Below, in pieces: positions 34,113-43,500 of a stretch of 64,000 nt of DNA (positions are counted from its first letter, which is position 1; the number at the start of each line of letters is the position of its first letter). The position numbers and the translations under genes are program-made. Source of the stretch: Elusimicrobiota bacterium (GTDB lineage Bacteria; Elusimicrobiota; Elusimicrobia; Elusimicrobiales; UBA9959); contig JBAXKK010000003.1 of assembly GCA_037137395.1 (NCBI GenBank), positions 541 to 64,540 on the forward strand, read 5' to 3'. Below the pieces are notes generated by a model. The model was not told the DNA's origin. It made no database searches and worked only from the letters and a program-made list of their open reading frames with translations.

Positions 34113-36329
34113 CTACTTTTTGACACCGCGGGCGCGTTTTTGCTCTTCGGTCCAGAAAAGTTCCACAGGCATGTTGATGCCGTGGGTTTCGAAATCCTTG
34201 AAGAATTTGGGCGGGTCCCCGGTGGCCGAGAAATGGCCGATTACCCGGCCGGTATCTTTATCTATTCCGGTCTGGTGATATCTGTATATATCGTGCGTCG
34301 TTATCTGGTTCTCCTCACGGCCGGTAATCTCGGTGACTGCGGTGATCTTTCTGGTACCGTCGGAGAACCTGGTTAACTGCACCACCATATGTACGGCGGA
34401 AGCGATCATTTCCCGCAAAGCCCAGATAGGAAGATCGGCGCCGGCCATAAGACACATGGCTTCCATGCGGGTAAGGGCGTCGCGCGGAGTATTGGCGTGG
34501 ATGGTGGCGAGCGATCCTTCGTGACCAGTGTTCATGGCCTGCAACATATCCAAAGCCTCGGAACCGCGGACCTCTCCGACCACAATGCGGTCGGGACGCA
34601 TACGAAGGCAGTTCTTCACCAGGTCGCGTATGGTAATCTCGTTCTTGCCTTCGATGTTAGGCGGACGGCTTTCAAGGCGCACCCAGTGTTCCTGCTGCAG
34701 GCGCAACTCGGCCACGTCTTCCACGGTCACGATGCGCTCTTCTTCGGGTATATAGCTGGACAACATGTTGAGAAAAGTGGTTTTACCGGTACCGGTACCG
34801 CCCGAGATTATAATATCCTTGCGCAGCCTGACGCAGGCCTTCAGGAAATCAACGCAATCCTGCGAGATGCTGTTTTTTTTGACAAGCTCGGTATCGGTGA
34901 AAGGCTTGTTCGAAAATCTTCTTATGGTGAGCGTGGGCCCGGAAACGGCCAGCGGCGGGATAATGGCGTTGACGCGGGAACCGTCCTTAAGGCGGGCGTC
35001 CACCAGCGGCACGGATTCGTCTATGCGCCGGCCCAGGGGAGCCACGATCCTTTTCATAACCTGGACTATCTGCTCTTCGTTCCTGAACTTATATTTGGTC
35101 AGCGTCAGCTTACCGCCCCTTTCGATGAACACCCGGTCCGGGGCGTTTACCATTATTTCAGTGACGGCCGGATCCCTCATGAGCTCTTCCAGGGGACCCA
35201 GACCGAGGATCTCGTCCAGAAGCTCGTTTATAAATTTGGCGCGCTGTTCCCTGGTCAGCGGCATGGTGGCCTCTTTCTGCAGTAGGCCATTAATGATCAG
35301 ATCCACTTTTTTCCTGATCGCCTCGTTGGCGGCGGCGTTATCGTCAGTTATTTTAATGCGCTCCGTTTCAAGCGCCGAAACAACATCACGATGCATTTTC
35401 ATTTTAAGCTCATCCCAAAAATCAGGCACATCCACTCTGGCCACGGGTTGGGCGGGCTGCGGGCCGCCGGAAGCTGGCTCCGCCTCACGATCCAATTTCC
35501 GCCACAGCATATCCGAGCCATGAACAAATTCGGGGGAAGCGACGCTGGAAACCCACTGTTTCTCCACGGGATTTAGTTCCGAAAGACGGCCCATGAGCAC
35601 GCGCAGGATCTTCACCCACTGAGTGTTGGGCTGTTCCACTATAAGTATCTTGTTCTGATTCGTGTAGCCGGGCAGGGCGTCTTCCCAGGGCATGAAAGCC
35701 AAAATATCTTTATTCATCTGTTTGTAGAACTTCTCGACTTCATTGGGGCTTATGGCGCCCGGCATGTCGTAAAGATTACAAACAACCTCAAATTTGCTCA
35801 TGGGAAAATGAAGTTCGTTTATCTCCCGAAAAGTGGCTGCCGTGGCGTTGAGTGAGGAAACGTTGGAATTTGTGACCCAAAACACGATGTCCGAGATATC
35901 GAACGCGAAAACCTGCATGGGGAAATAGGGGTCGACGTCTATAAAAATATCAAAGGACTGCGAAAGCTTGGATAGTATGGGCAGAATGAGGTCCGGGGAC
36001 ATCTTGGAAACATCGGAGCGCTTCTTGGCCAGGGGCAGCACGCCCACGCCGTAAGACGAGATCGGTATCTTCCCCCTCAGCAGCGCGCCCAGGGCGCTGA
36101 CCGATTCGCGGCCCAGCGTTTTAATAATGTCGGCCATGGCCGGCGGGTTGAGGCCGAGGAGCATGGCCTGCTCCTGCCTGCACATGGGATCCAGAGGAAT
36201 AATAATAACATTCCGTTTTTGATAATTCGCCCAGGCCAGGGCCAGATTGACGCAAATGGAAGTTTTTCCCACGCCCTCTTTAGGGCCCGAAAATGTGATG
36301 ACTCGCGGCGCGGGATTAATATTTTCCAT
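34113..36329 (-). CDS. fused TadZ/CpaE-like ParA-type domain + TadA/CpaF secretion ATPase
   Basis: Residues 1-~290: MinD/ParA-like with a deviant P-loop, [21 protein letters not shown]. Residues ~300-738: CpaF-like, with Walker [15 protein letters not shown], Walker [13 protein letters not shown], and [14 protein letters not shown]. Confidence 0.88.
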   Translation of the reverse strand: MENINPAPRVITFSGPKEGVGKTSICVNLALAWANYQKRNVIIIPLDPMCRQEQAMLLGLNPPAMADIIKTLGRESVSALGALLRGKIPISSYGVGVLPLAKKRSDVSKMSPDLILPILSKLSQSFDIFIDVDPYFPMQVFAFDISDIVFWVTNSNVSSLNATAATFREINELHFPMSKFEVVCNLYDMPGAISPNEVEKFYKQMNKDILAFMPWEDALPGYTNQNKILIVEQPNTQWVKILRVLMGRLSELNPVEKQWVSSVASPEFVHGSDMLWRKLDREAEPASGGPQPAQPVARVDVPDFWDELKMKMHRDVVSALETERIKITDDNAAANEAIRKKVDLIINGLLQKEATMPLTREQRAKFINELLDEILGLGPLEELMRDPAVTEIMVNAPDRVFIERGGKLTLTKYKFRNEEQIVQVMKRIVAPLGRRIDESVPLVDARLKDGSRVNAIIPPLAVSGPTLTIRRFSNKPFTDTELVKKNSISQDCVDFLKACVRLRKDIIISGGTGTGKTTFLNMLSSYIPEEERIVTVEDVAELRLQQEHWVRLESRPPNIEGKNEITIRDLVKNCLRMRPDRIVVGEVRGSEALDMLQAMNTGHEGSLATIHANTPRDALTRMEAMCLMAGADLPIWALREMIASAVHMVVQLTRFSDGTRKITAVTEITGREENQITTHDIYRYHQTGIDKDTGRVIGHFSATGDPPKFFKDFETHGINMPVELFWTEEQKRARGVKK

Positions 36330-36338
36330 AAAATTTAA

Positions 36339-36442
36339 GGTTACAGGTCGCAGATGACCGGTGGCAGGCGGATAACCGAAAAATGAAACTTAAAACACTT
36401 TTCACTTCGCTGCCTGTTACTTGCAACCTGCCACCTGCTACC
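36339..36442. repeat. intercistronic imperfect inverted repeat (GGTGGCAGG / CCTGCCACC words)
   Basis: ggttacaggtcgcagatgaccggtggcaggcgg ... cttcgctgcctgttacttgcaacctgccacctgctacc. Lies between the secretin and the ATPase genes. Confidence 0.65.
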
Positions 36443-37164
36443 TATTTAATTATATCGAACGTGACGAACAGGAACAGAGAGCTTTGTTCTTCCACCACGT
36501 CAGTGGAACTGAACAAAGCGCCCAGCAGCGGTATGCTGCCCAAAACCGGCACACGGCTCTTGGAAACGTTCCTATTGCTTCGCTTAAGCCCGCCGATAAC
36601 AAGCGTCTCGCCGCTTTTCAGCTCCACCTCGGTCTGGATCTGGCGGGTGATCATAGACGGGATGGTGGTGCCGCCCACGTTGACGGGCTTTGAATAATCC
36701 GGGTTGGAAACTTCAAGCTGCAGCTGCACGTCAACGGTATCCTTCTTTTCCGCGATAATCACCGGCAGGACGTTCAGGATGACACCGAATTTTTTAAATT
36801 CCGCGCCGACACCCTGCGCGTTGGAGTAGGGGACCGGGATCTCGCCACCCACGGTAAAATTGGCTTGGGTGCCGCTCTTTGTGATGACTTTGGGGTTTGA
36901 CAAGAGCTGGGCCTTACCTTCGGTCTCAAGAAGCCTGAGCTTGGTCGCCAGTGCTGTTCTTCTCTCAAAGTTGCCTATCGTCATAATTCCAGGGATATTT
37001 TTCTCTCCAAAATCAAACTCCTGGCTCCAGGAAAAACCGACGGCCTTCTGTATGGAGCCGCTTATCTCCACGATGTCAGCGCTGACGGCAACCATTTCGC
37101 TCTTCTGCGCCCAGACAGAGGGCGCAAGCGCCAATGTTATCACAAGAAAGTAAAAATTTCGCAT
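36442..37164 (-). CDS. minimal secretin (RcpA/CpaC-like), 240 aa
   Basis: Signal peptide MRNFYFLVITLALAPSVWA. Secretin core LLSNPKVITKSGTQANFTVGGEIPVP...GVILNVLPVI...TLVIGGLKRSNRNVSKSRVPVLGSIPLLGALF. Confidence 0.8.
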   Translation of the reverse strand: MRNFYFLVITLALAPSVWAQKSEMVAVSADIVEISGSIQKAVGFSWSQEFDFGEKNIPGIMTIGNFERRTALATKLRLLETEGKAQLLSNPKVITKSGTQANFTVGGEIPVPYSNAQGVGAEFKKFGVILNVLPVIIAEKKDTVDVQLQLEVSNPDYSKPVNVGGTTIPSMITRQIQTEVELKSGETLVIGGLKRSNRNVSKSRVPVLGSIPLLGALFSSTDVVEEQSSLFLFVTFDIIK

Positions 37165-37177
37165 AGTAATAATCTCC

Positions 37178-37250
37178 AGATTAAGGATTAAGTAGTAAGT
37201 GGTAAGGAATAAACTGCTATGCAGTTAAACCTTAATTCACTTAATCCTTA
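37178..37250. repeat. intercistronic hairpin, AAGGATTAAG family
   Basis: agattaaggattaagtagtaagtggtaaggaataaactgc-tat-gcagttaaaccttaattcacttaatcctta. Confidence 0.7.
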
Positions 37251-38003
37251 TTTTATAAGCCTTTTAAAGCTCGCTATCTCCATGGGGTGCAGCTCCACGT
37301 CTCCGAGACCCCTTACAATAATGGAAACATCTCCGACCTTCATCGAAAGTGAAAGATACTGCGCCTCGTTCGGATTAAGCGACAGGCTTATGACGCCCTT
37401 GTCGGAAAAAGCCTGATCAGCGGCCACCTGGGCTTCTTTCGCTTTAGCCTGGATAGAAGAAACGCCCTGGCCAAGGTTCGTTCCCACTCCCAACACCAGC
37501 ACATTCTGTAGAATGGTTGCGGTCACTTTTTCCTTCCGATTGTCCCCCATAGAGGCTTCAAAGGTCACAAGCACGTCTATCCTGTCGCCCGGTTTTATCA
37601 GGCGCAGCAGTTCGTTCTCCATAGGGAGGACGCAGCCCCGGTAGCCGGGCGGCACTTTAACGCTCAGGCCGGCCTCCGGACTTAAAGAGACGAGCGAAGA
37701 CAAAGTGATCTGGTTGCCCTTGGGAATCCTGACGGCAGTCACAAGATTGGATACCATCTTAATATCGGAAGCGCTTCGGATCTCCTGAGCGTCCTGCTGT
37801 ATGTACTGCCTGGGCATCTGCACAATTTCCACGAGATCTTCTTTAAGAATGGTGCGCGCCGGCAAGTCATACTTTGCGACCAGCACCTGGGCGGGCTCCT
37901 GCGCGTTGGCGATGGCCCGCTCTTTGGATGTCAGAACCCACCAGTAAATACTGGCGGCAAAAATGGCGAGAATTACCGGAACCAGGACACCTTTCTTTTC
38001 CAT
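37248..38003 (-). CDS. cpaB: Flp pilus assembly protein CpaB/RcpC
   Basis: N-terminal TM segment, SAF-like VLVAKYDLPARTILKEDLVEIVQMP, and an RcpC-like C-terminal domain. Confidence 0.8.
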   Translation of the reverse strand: MEKKGVLVPVILAIFAASIYWWVLTSKERAIANAQEPAQVLVAKYDLPARTILKEDLVEIVQMPRQYIQQDAQEIRSASDIKMVSNLVTAVRIPKGNQITLSSLVSLSPEAGLSVKVPPGYRGCVLPMENELLRLIKPGDRIDVLVTFEASMGDNRKEKVTATILQNVLVLGVGTNLGQGVSSIQAKAKEAQVAADQAFSDKGVISLSLNPNEAQYLSLSMKVGDVSIIVRGLGDVELHPMEIASFKRLIK

Positions 38004-38068
38004 GACACATTCTCCTTAGCAAATTATAGAATCCACAGATTACAGCTTTATTAAATAATTAATAAATA

Positions 38069-38139
38069 AGGATTAAGTGGTAAGAATTAAGTTCCAAATC
38101 CCTCTTCATTCTTATTCCATACCGCTTGACCCTTACTGC
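38069..38139. repeat. intercistronic imperfect inverted repeat, AAGGATTAAG family
   Basis: aaggattaagtggtaagaattaag ... ccctcttcattcttattccataccgcttgacccttactgc. Confidence 0.6.
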
Positions 38140-38163
38140 ACATCACCTGCTCATTGCCGCGTC

Positions 38164-38739
38164 CTACTGAAAGACCGGCTTCTCTATGGGCATCCTTACC
38201 CGCACCGTTATGTTTTTGATCCGCCGTCCCTTTGGCGGATCGGAGAAAAAATAGCTGGAGCCAGGGAAAACAAGTTTGGCCGGAAAAATCAGCGTCACCA
38301 GCAGATCCTCATTTGTGTGCGTGCTCGGATTCGCCGAAGCCTTTGGCTGCGGGTCCACGCCTGTAATCTCGCTGGTTACCACTAGTTGTATCTGGCCCGG
38401 ATCTTTAAACATCTTGGAAATCACCGATCGCATCTTGGATTCGGCCTTTCCCACATTTGAGGTGTCATCCGAACTGCCACCAGGAGGCCCGGCCACCAGC
38501 GAACCGATACGCGCCAGCTCATAGGCGCAATGATGCGCGAGGATGGTCTGGTAAGCGAGGTTCCCCAGCTCCATGATAAAAAATATCATCAGCATGAAAA
38601 CCGGCAGAACCAGAAGAAGCTCCACGGTAACCTGCCCGGCTCTTTTAATTTTCAGAGAACAAGCCACGAAACTCCGCCGGACATTAAAAACCCGGCAGAA
38701 AAACCGAAACAGTCCACACACGGACTCTTTGAAAGCCAC
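38164..38739 (-). CDS. TadE-like pseudopilin
   Basis: KRAGQVTVELLLVLPVFMLMIFFIMELGNLAY. The start is uncertain; GTG 38739 behind GGAG is preferred, and the track start is a TTG at 38763. Confidence 0.65.
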   Translation of the reverse strand: MAFKESVCGLFRFFCRVFNVRRSFVACSLKIKRAGQVTVELLLVLPVFMLMIFFIMELGNLAYQTILAHHCAYELARIGSLVAGPPGGSSDDTSNVGKAESKMRSVISKMFKDPGQIQLVVTSEITGVDPQPKASANPSTHTNEDLLVTLIFPAKLVFPGSSYFFSDPPKGRRIKNITVRVRMPIEKPVFQ

Positions 38740-38759
38740 AGGGTCTCCAATACTTAGAT

Positions 38760-38819
38760 GCAAAGCGATCCGGCAATTTAGAAGCTCATCTGAATTTCTT
38801 TACATCTAAATTGCTTTGC
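38760..38819 (-). promoter_or_regulatory. stem-loop immediately downstream of the flp gene (possible attenuator or mRNA stabiliser)
   Basis: The minus strand reads GCAAAGCAATTTAGA...TCTAAATTGCCGGATCGCTTTGC; no U-tract follows. Confidence 0.45.
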
Positions 38820-38839
38820 CTCTCGACTTGCATCTACTC

Positions 38840-39079
38840 TTACTGGTTGCCGCCGCCGGAACCAAGAGATCCGGCCGCTCCGTTAATCATGCCCTGGATC
38901 TTGGTGAATAGCGCCGGCATATAATTCTTGAGAGCCATACCTGCTATAAGCACCACGCCAACGACTACAGCCAACATCAACAGGTATTCCACGGTGTTCT
39001 GCCCTTTCCTGTTTTTTGCCGCCAGCCGGCCATAGGCCTGTGATACGATGCCAACGCACATGGTGAACAGTCTGTTCAT
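38840..39079 (-). CDS. flp: Flp-family prepilin
   Basis: NRKGQNTVEYLLMLAVVVGVVLIAG (G/XXXXEY motif); 79 aa; Gly-rich C-terminus. Confidence 0.8.
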   Translation of the reverse strand: MNRLFTMCVGIVSQAYGRLAAKNRKGQNTVEYLLMLAVVVGVVLIAGMALKNYMPALFTKIQGMINGAAGSLGSGGGNQ

Positions 39080-39128
39080 TTTGCTAGTCCTCCAGTATTA
39101 TTTATAACAATTATATCTAAATTCACAC

Positions 39129-39209
39129 GGATAAGGATTCGGCACTAAAAACTAATTTCCTCAAATCCCTATCACTTACAACTTAATCCTTAACACTTAA
39201 TCCTTATTC
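39129..39209. repeat. intercistronic imperfect inverted repeat, AAGGATT family
   Basis: ggataaggattcggcac ... cctatcacttacaacttaatccttaacacttaatccttattc. Lies between the two flp genes. Confidence 0.6.
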
Positions 39210-39431
39210 TTACCAGGGATCTTCCTGGTACATCCTGAGTATTACAACTCCGCCGCTGGTGAATTGGCTGGCCAGGTACCACTGCAATACCCTATACACC
39301 GATGCAAAGGCGACTGTAAGAGCGACCGTCACCAGAAGGTACTCTATGGCAGTCTGGCCTCTGCGAAGGGTAGAGGATTTAGTGGAAGGAGTATAGGAGA
39401 AAAAGCGCTTACAATTGAATTTACGCTTCAT
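39210..39431 (-). CDS. flp: Flp-family prepilin (divergent second copy)
   Basis: LRRGQTAIEYLLVTVALTVAFASVY; 73 aa. Confidence 0.75.
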   Translation of the reverse strand: MKRKFNCKRFFSYTPSTKSSTLRRGQTAIEYLLVTVALTVAFASVYRVLQWYLASQFTSGGVVILRMYQEDPW

Positions 39432-39471
39432 AAGTTTCCCTAACTTTATCCAATGAACCCCATACCTTCAG

Positions 39472-40479
39472 TTAGAACTGCATCTTAAGCATGATCTGGT
39501 TGGACTTTCCGAGCGCGCCATAAGGTACCATGGCGTAATCAAACGACATTCCGAAGCCCATTGCCTGCGCGCTGTATATCCCTATTCCAAAAGTCCAGCC
39601 GCTGGTCTCGCTCAGTCCCAGCGTGTCAAGCGTTTTGTCGTCGTAATTTTTACCGTAGCTGTCCGCGCGAGTATAGCCGACGCGCATGCTCACGCGGCCG
39701 ACTTGCAGCAGCTCCTCCGGAAGATTAAATTCCATCCCGACGCCGGATAGATTTTTACGATCAGAATAGGCTTTTGATTCCACCAGCGCCGTGAGAAACG
39801 AATTCAAAGAGAAAGCGATGCCGGTGCGCTGAATCTTCACAACCTGATCTGTTTTGCCTGAAAAATTAGCGCCCGACCAGCCGAACGAGAGTTTACGCCC
39901 CAGTTTCAAAACCAGGCCGGCGTCAAAAACGAGATTATTATACTTTGTGGTATAGTTGTCTTCCATCACGCTCTTGGCGCTGACGCCAAGGAGCAGCTTT
40001 TCCAGAAAAAAACTTTTAGCCAGGGTGATCGTGGCATATCCATTGCGCACTTTAACATCCTCGCCGTACTGCGGAATTCCCTCCTGGTCCCTTACATCAA
40101 ACCCTTCCATACCGTAATAGGCGACATTTACACCCACGACCGACTGCCCGATGGGGTGCACGTACGCGATGGACTGGCCGGAATAATCCTGAAACCAGCT
40201 CAGGTGTGAAAAACTCGCCTCGCGCAGCTGCGACGAAGCGACTCCCGCCGGATTTATACTCATGGCTTCCGTCCCCTCCATTATAGAGACGCCACAGTTG
40301 CCAAGCGCCTGCGCCCTGGGACTGCCGGTAGGAATCTTCATAAACACGGCGCCGGACGTTCCCGCTTTCGCGTCCGCGGCGTGAAGCAGTGCGGAAGGGT
40401 CGGAGATCAGGGCAGGGGCAAAAACAAACGCCGCCACCCAAAACATTCTTTTTAAAACCGCGCTTTTCATGGCTTTCAT
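39472..40479 (-). CDS. PorV/PorQ-family-like outer-membrane beta-barrel
   Basis: Signal peptide. N-terminal GTSGAVFMKIPTGSPRAQALGNCGVSIMEGTEAMSINPAGVA follows the PorV/PorQ-type pattern (GtsgaqFLki..gaRa.amGga......a...NPAG). Alternating beta-strand pattern ending in ...MLKMQF. Start set at ATG 40479 behind GAGAGGA. Confidence 0.65.
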   Translation of the reverse strand: MKAMKSAVLKRMFWVAAFVFAPALISDPSALLHAADAKAGTSGAVFMKIPTGSPRAQALGNCGVSIMEGTEAMSINPAGVASSQLREASFSHLSWFQDYSGQSIAYVHPIGQSVVGVNVAYYGMEGFDVRDQEGIPQYGEDVKVRNGYATITLAKSFFLEKLLLGVSAKSVMEDNYTTKYNNLVFDAGLVLKLGRKLSFGWSGANFSGKTDQVVKIQRTGIAFSLNSFLTALVESKAYSDRKNLSGVGMEFNLPEELLQVGRVSMRVGYTRADSYGKNYDDKTLDTLGLSETSGWTFGIGIYSAQAMGFGMSFDYAMVPYGALGKSNQIMLKMQF

Positions 40480-40499
40480 AAAATCCTCTCGATCTGATT

Positions 40500-40593
40500 C
40501 GTAAAGCGTGAAGCGCAAATCAGAAAGAGTCTAAAACAAATTTTTACAAAATCAAACTTATAACCCTTTACGACTTACGCTTTCCGCTTTACG
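40500..40593. repeat. intercistronic imperfect inverted repeat (CGTAAAG / CTTTACG words)
   Basis: cgtaaagcgtgaagcg ... ctttacgacttacgctttccgctttacg. Confidence 0.6.
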
Positions 40594-40597
40594 CACA

Positions 40598-43500
40598 TTA
40601 CGGTACAAGTATCTTCTTGACTGTCTGGAACGCGCCTTTCGCGCCGTCCCGGCCTTCCAGCCTGATTACCGCGAAGTACACTCCGGGAGCGACAGCATTT
40701 CCGGAGCTGTTTTTCTTATCCCATGGAATGGTTTTAACCACCGAGCCGGCCAACAGACCGGAGCTGTAACTATATACCAGGTCTCCGACCAGATTATAAA
40801 TTTTTATGGTGAGTTCGGAATTAACATATATCGGGATATGGAACCAGCCACTATTCCCCGTGTACGGATTGGGGGCGAACCAGATATCCTGCGCGAGCTG
40901 CGCGTCATCGCCGCTCGGGCCGTTTACCACCGGGATATTGTCTATTATGGAGTCTGAGGCTAATCCCGCGTTACCCGACACCGTTCCGTTAAGCATACTT
41001 ACACTCTCCGTACTGGTGGAGCCGTACACTTTAAAAACATAGTTGCCGTCCGGCACCCTTGAAAGCGTCAGGTCCGTACCGTCCCAGTACTCGGAAATCT
41101 GGGTTCTGGCCGGGCGCACCCCCACGAACATTTTTACGAGCTTGTCAGGAGGACAATTCACCGAGGGTTTCACGCATGAAGCCAGAGAAGTGCCCGGTTT
41201 ATAAATCTTAGTGACAACCGTCATCGGCTCGGAAACCTGATACGATACAATGCCGGGCGACTCAAGGGTCTGCGGCGTTATAGCCATGTCAAAGATCCTG
41301 AGCGGATCGACGTCTATTGTCTGCTGCACCGTGGCCACTGAGAGCAGTTTGTAGCCGATATCGCGGGCGACCACCCTTACGACATAACTGTTCCAGGTCA
41401 CAAAGTCGGTGTTGGGGCATGCCGGGGTATTGGTGCATCGCCCGTCCCAATAATCTCTCTGATCCATATCCCCGTCCCTGATCTCGCCGTTTATAACATC
41501 CGCGAAGACCTGCAGGTTGCCTCCGGCGGGCGGTATTCCCAGTATCTGGATCGTGACTGAAGACTGGCGGGTGAGCAGATACTCTATCTCGTAAGGCGGC
41601 AGCTTGATGGTGTCAGAAGAGTTGTACATCACGGGAATGTTGGGAATCACCTCAAAAAGCGTGAACGCAATCTGCCCCCTGGACACGTCCAGGTATCCGT
41701 AAACCCTATCCGTGGCGTACATCGCCTGAGCGGTGCCGGTGGAGCCGGCCACCAGGGTGAACGGATATCGGCCATCGGCCACCAGTTCGCCGTTATTATC
41801 GCGGCCGTCCCAGTATTCGGTTATCTTGAAGCGGCCCGGCCGCATGCCGGCCGCGCTGTAGACCGGATTGGCGGACAGACCAGACACCGGGTCGCGCACA
41901 TCCGGCGGCCAGCTGGTGTAAGGATCTATCACAATATCCGGCTCGTAAACACTAAGCGTTATAAACATCGTCTGCGACATCTCAAAACTGATATTCGCGG
42001 TATCGGAAGTTCCGCCCAAAAGCGGCGTCGTCTTGACATCTATTATGCGGAACATGTTAACGGGGGTCCTGACGGTCGTTCTGGTGAATCTGGTTGTGAT
42101 GCAGGAGGCCGGGTCCTCGGCGATTAACTCAGCCTGATAAACTCCGGCGGGGACATACTCCCCGAAGTCGTCCTTGCCATCCCAAAGTTCGCGGTTGGAA
42201 AAATTAGCGGCCCTTGTCTCGCGGTTTATAAGGTGACGGACCGGAGTCACGCTGTTGTCCGGGAAGATATTCAGCGTGAACAGAGCGTCCCGGGCCGGCG
42301 TATAGCGGAAATAAAACGGATCCAGGCCGGCCACTGACGGCGAAGACCCCATTACCGTGGAAGAAGGGGATATCAGGCTGACCACCAAGCCCCTTGCCAC
42401 AGGCAGCGCTCCGACCCAGAGGCGCTTGTTCCTTATAACACTCGCGCCCGAAGGCAGCTCAGCCCAGATGGCGTATACATATTGGCCGTCGCAGACCGGA
42501 TTGCCGTTGGCGTCGCGGCCGTCCCATATGGTCGAGACAACCTGACGCCCCGGCTGCTGCTCGGTTATCAGCCTGAGACGCGTCCCGTTGAAAGCCGGAT
42601 CGTGAGTGACGTTATTGAGATCGCTAAAAAACGTATCCGGCGTATAGATGCCGACATAAACCGTGGCGGACTCGGTGAGCATATAAGATATGACCGCCTG
42701 GTCGGTGGAGCTGGCCCCCAATGGTTTGATAGCTATATCGGTTATTTGCAGCGGATCGTGGGAAATTGTGGTGTAGTAAGTATAGGCATAGTCTATGCCT
42801 GTCCAATTATCCTGCGACTCGGCATTAATCTCGGCCCTGTAGACGCCCGGAGGGGCCATCTTGCCGGTATTGTCGCGGCCATCCCAAAAATCGCCGTTAG
42901 TCAGCGTGCCGTCAGGCGTGCCTTCTCCGACCCTTGGAATATAGTTCAACAGCTGACGCGCAAACGGCAATACGCCGCCGACATTTTCGGCCGAATATAT
43001 AGTAATAGTGGTGGTCGCGTCCTTGCTGAGCCGGTAAAGTATGTTATACGGCTGGGCCGCCACGCCCGTGATCTTTCCCACCACCGTGGGGCTCGAACGC
43101 ACCGTGTGGATATTTATGACGTCCACCTGTATAGGTATCTGGTTCTGGCCGGGGAAAGCCGCCGTCTGCTCTATAGAAATGTTTCCCACAGTCTCGCTGA
43201 CCTCGTTAGTCTTAACCTTGGCCCGGAAGCCGAATTGGCCGTTGGTCTTGCCGAAGATACCGTTTAAATTATAGGAACCGTCCCAGGCGGTACAAAAATA
43301 ATTATTAGTTCCGCCGATAGTCTGCTCCGCGGGTGCTCCTGAAGTCTGACTGCAGGTGCCGATGTCAAACATACTGACCGTTTTTATGGGCGGAGTGGAG
43401 GCCGGGTCAAGCGGATTTCCGCCGCTAGTGAATTTAAAAATTTCAAAACTCAGTTCATTAATACCGAATGTGGTGGGAGTGCTGGCGACCACGCATTTTA

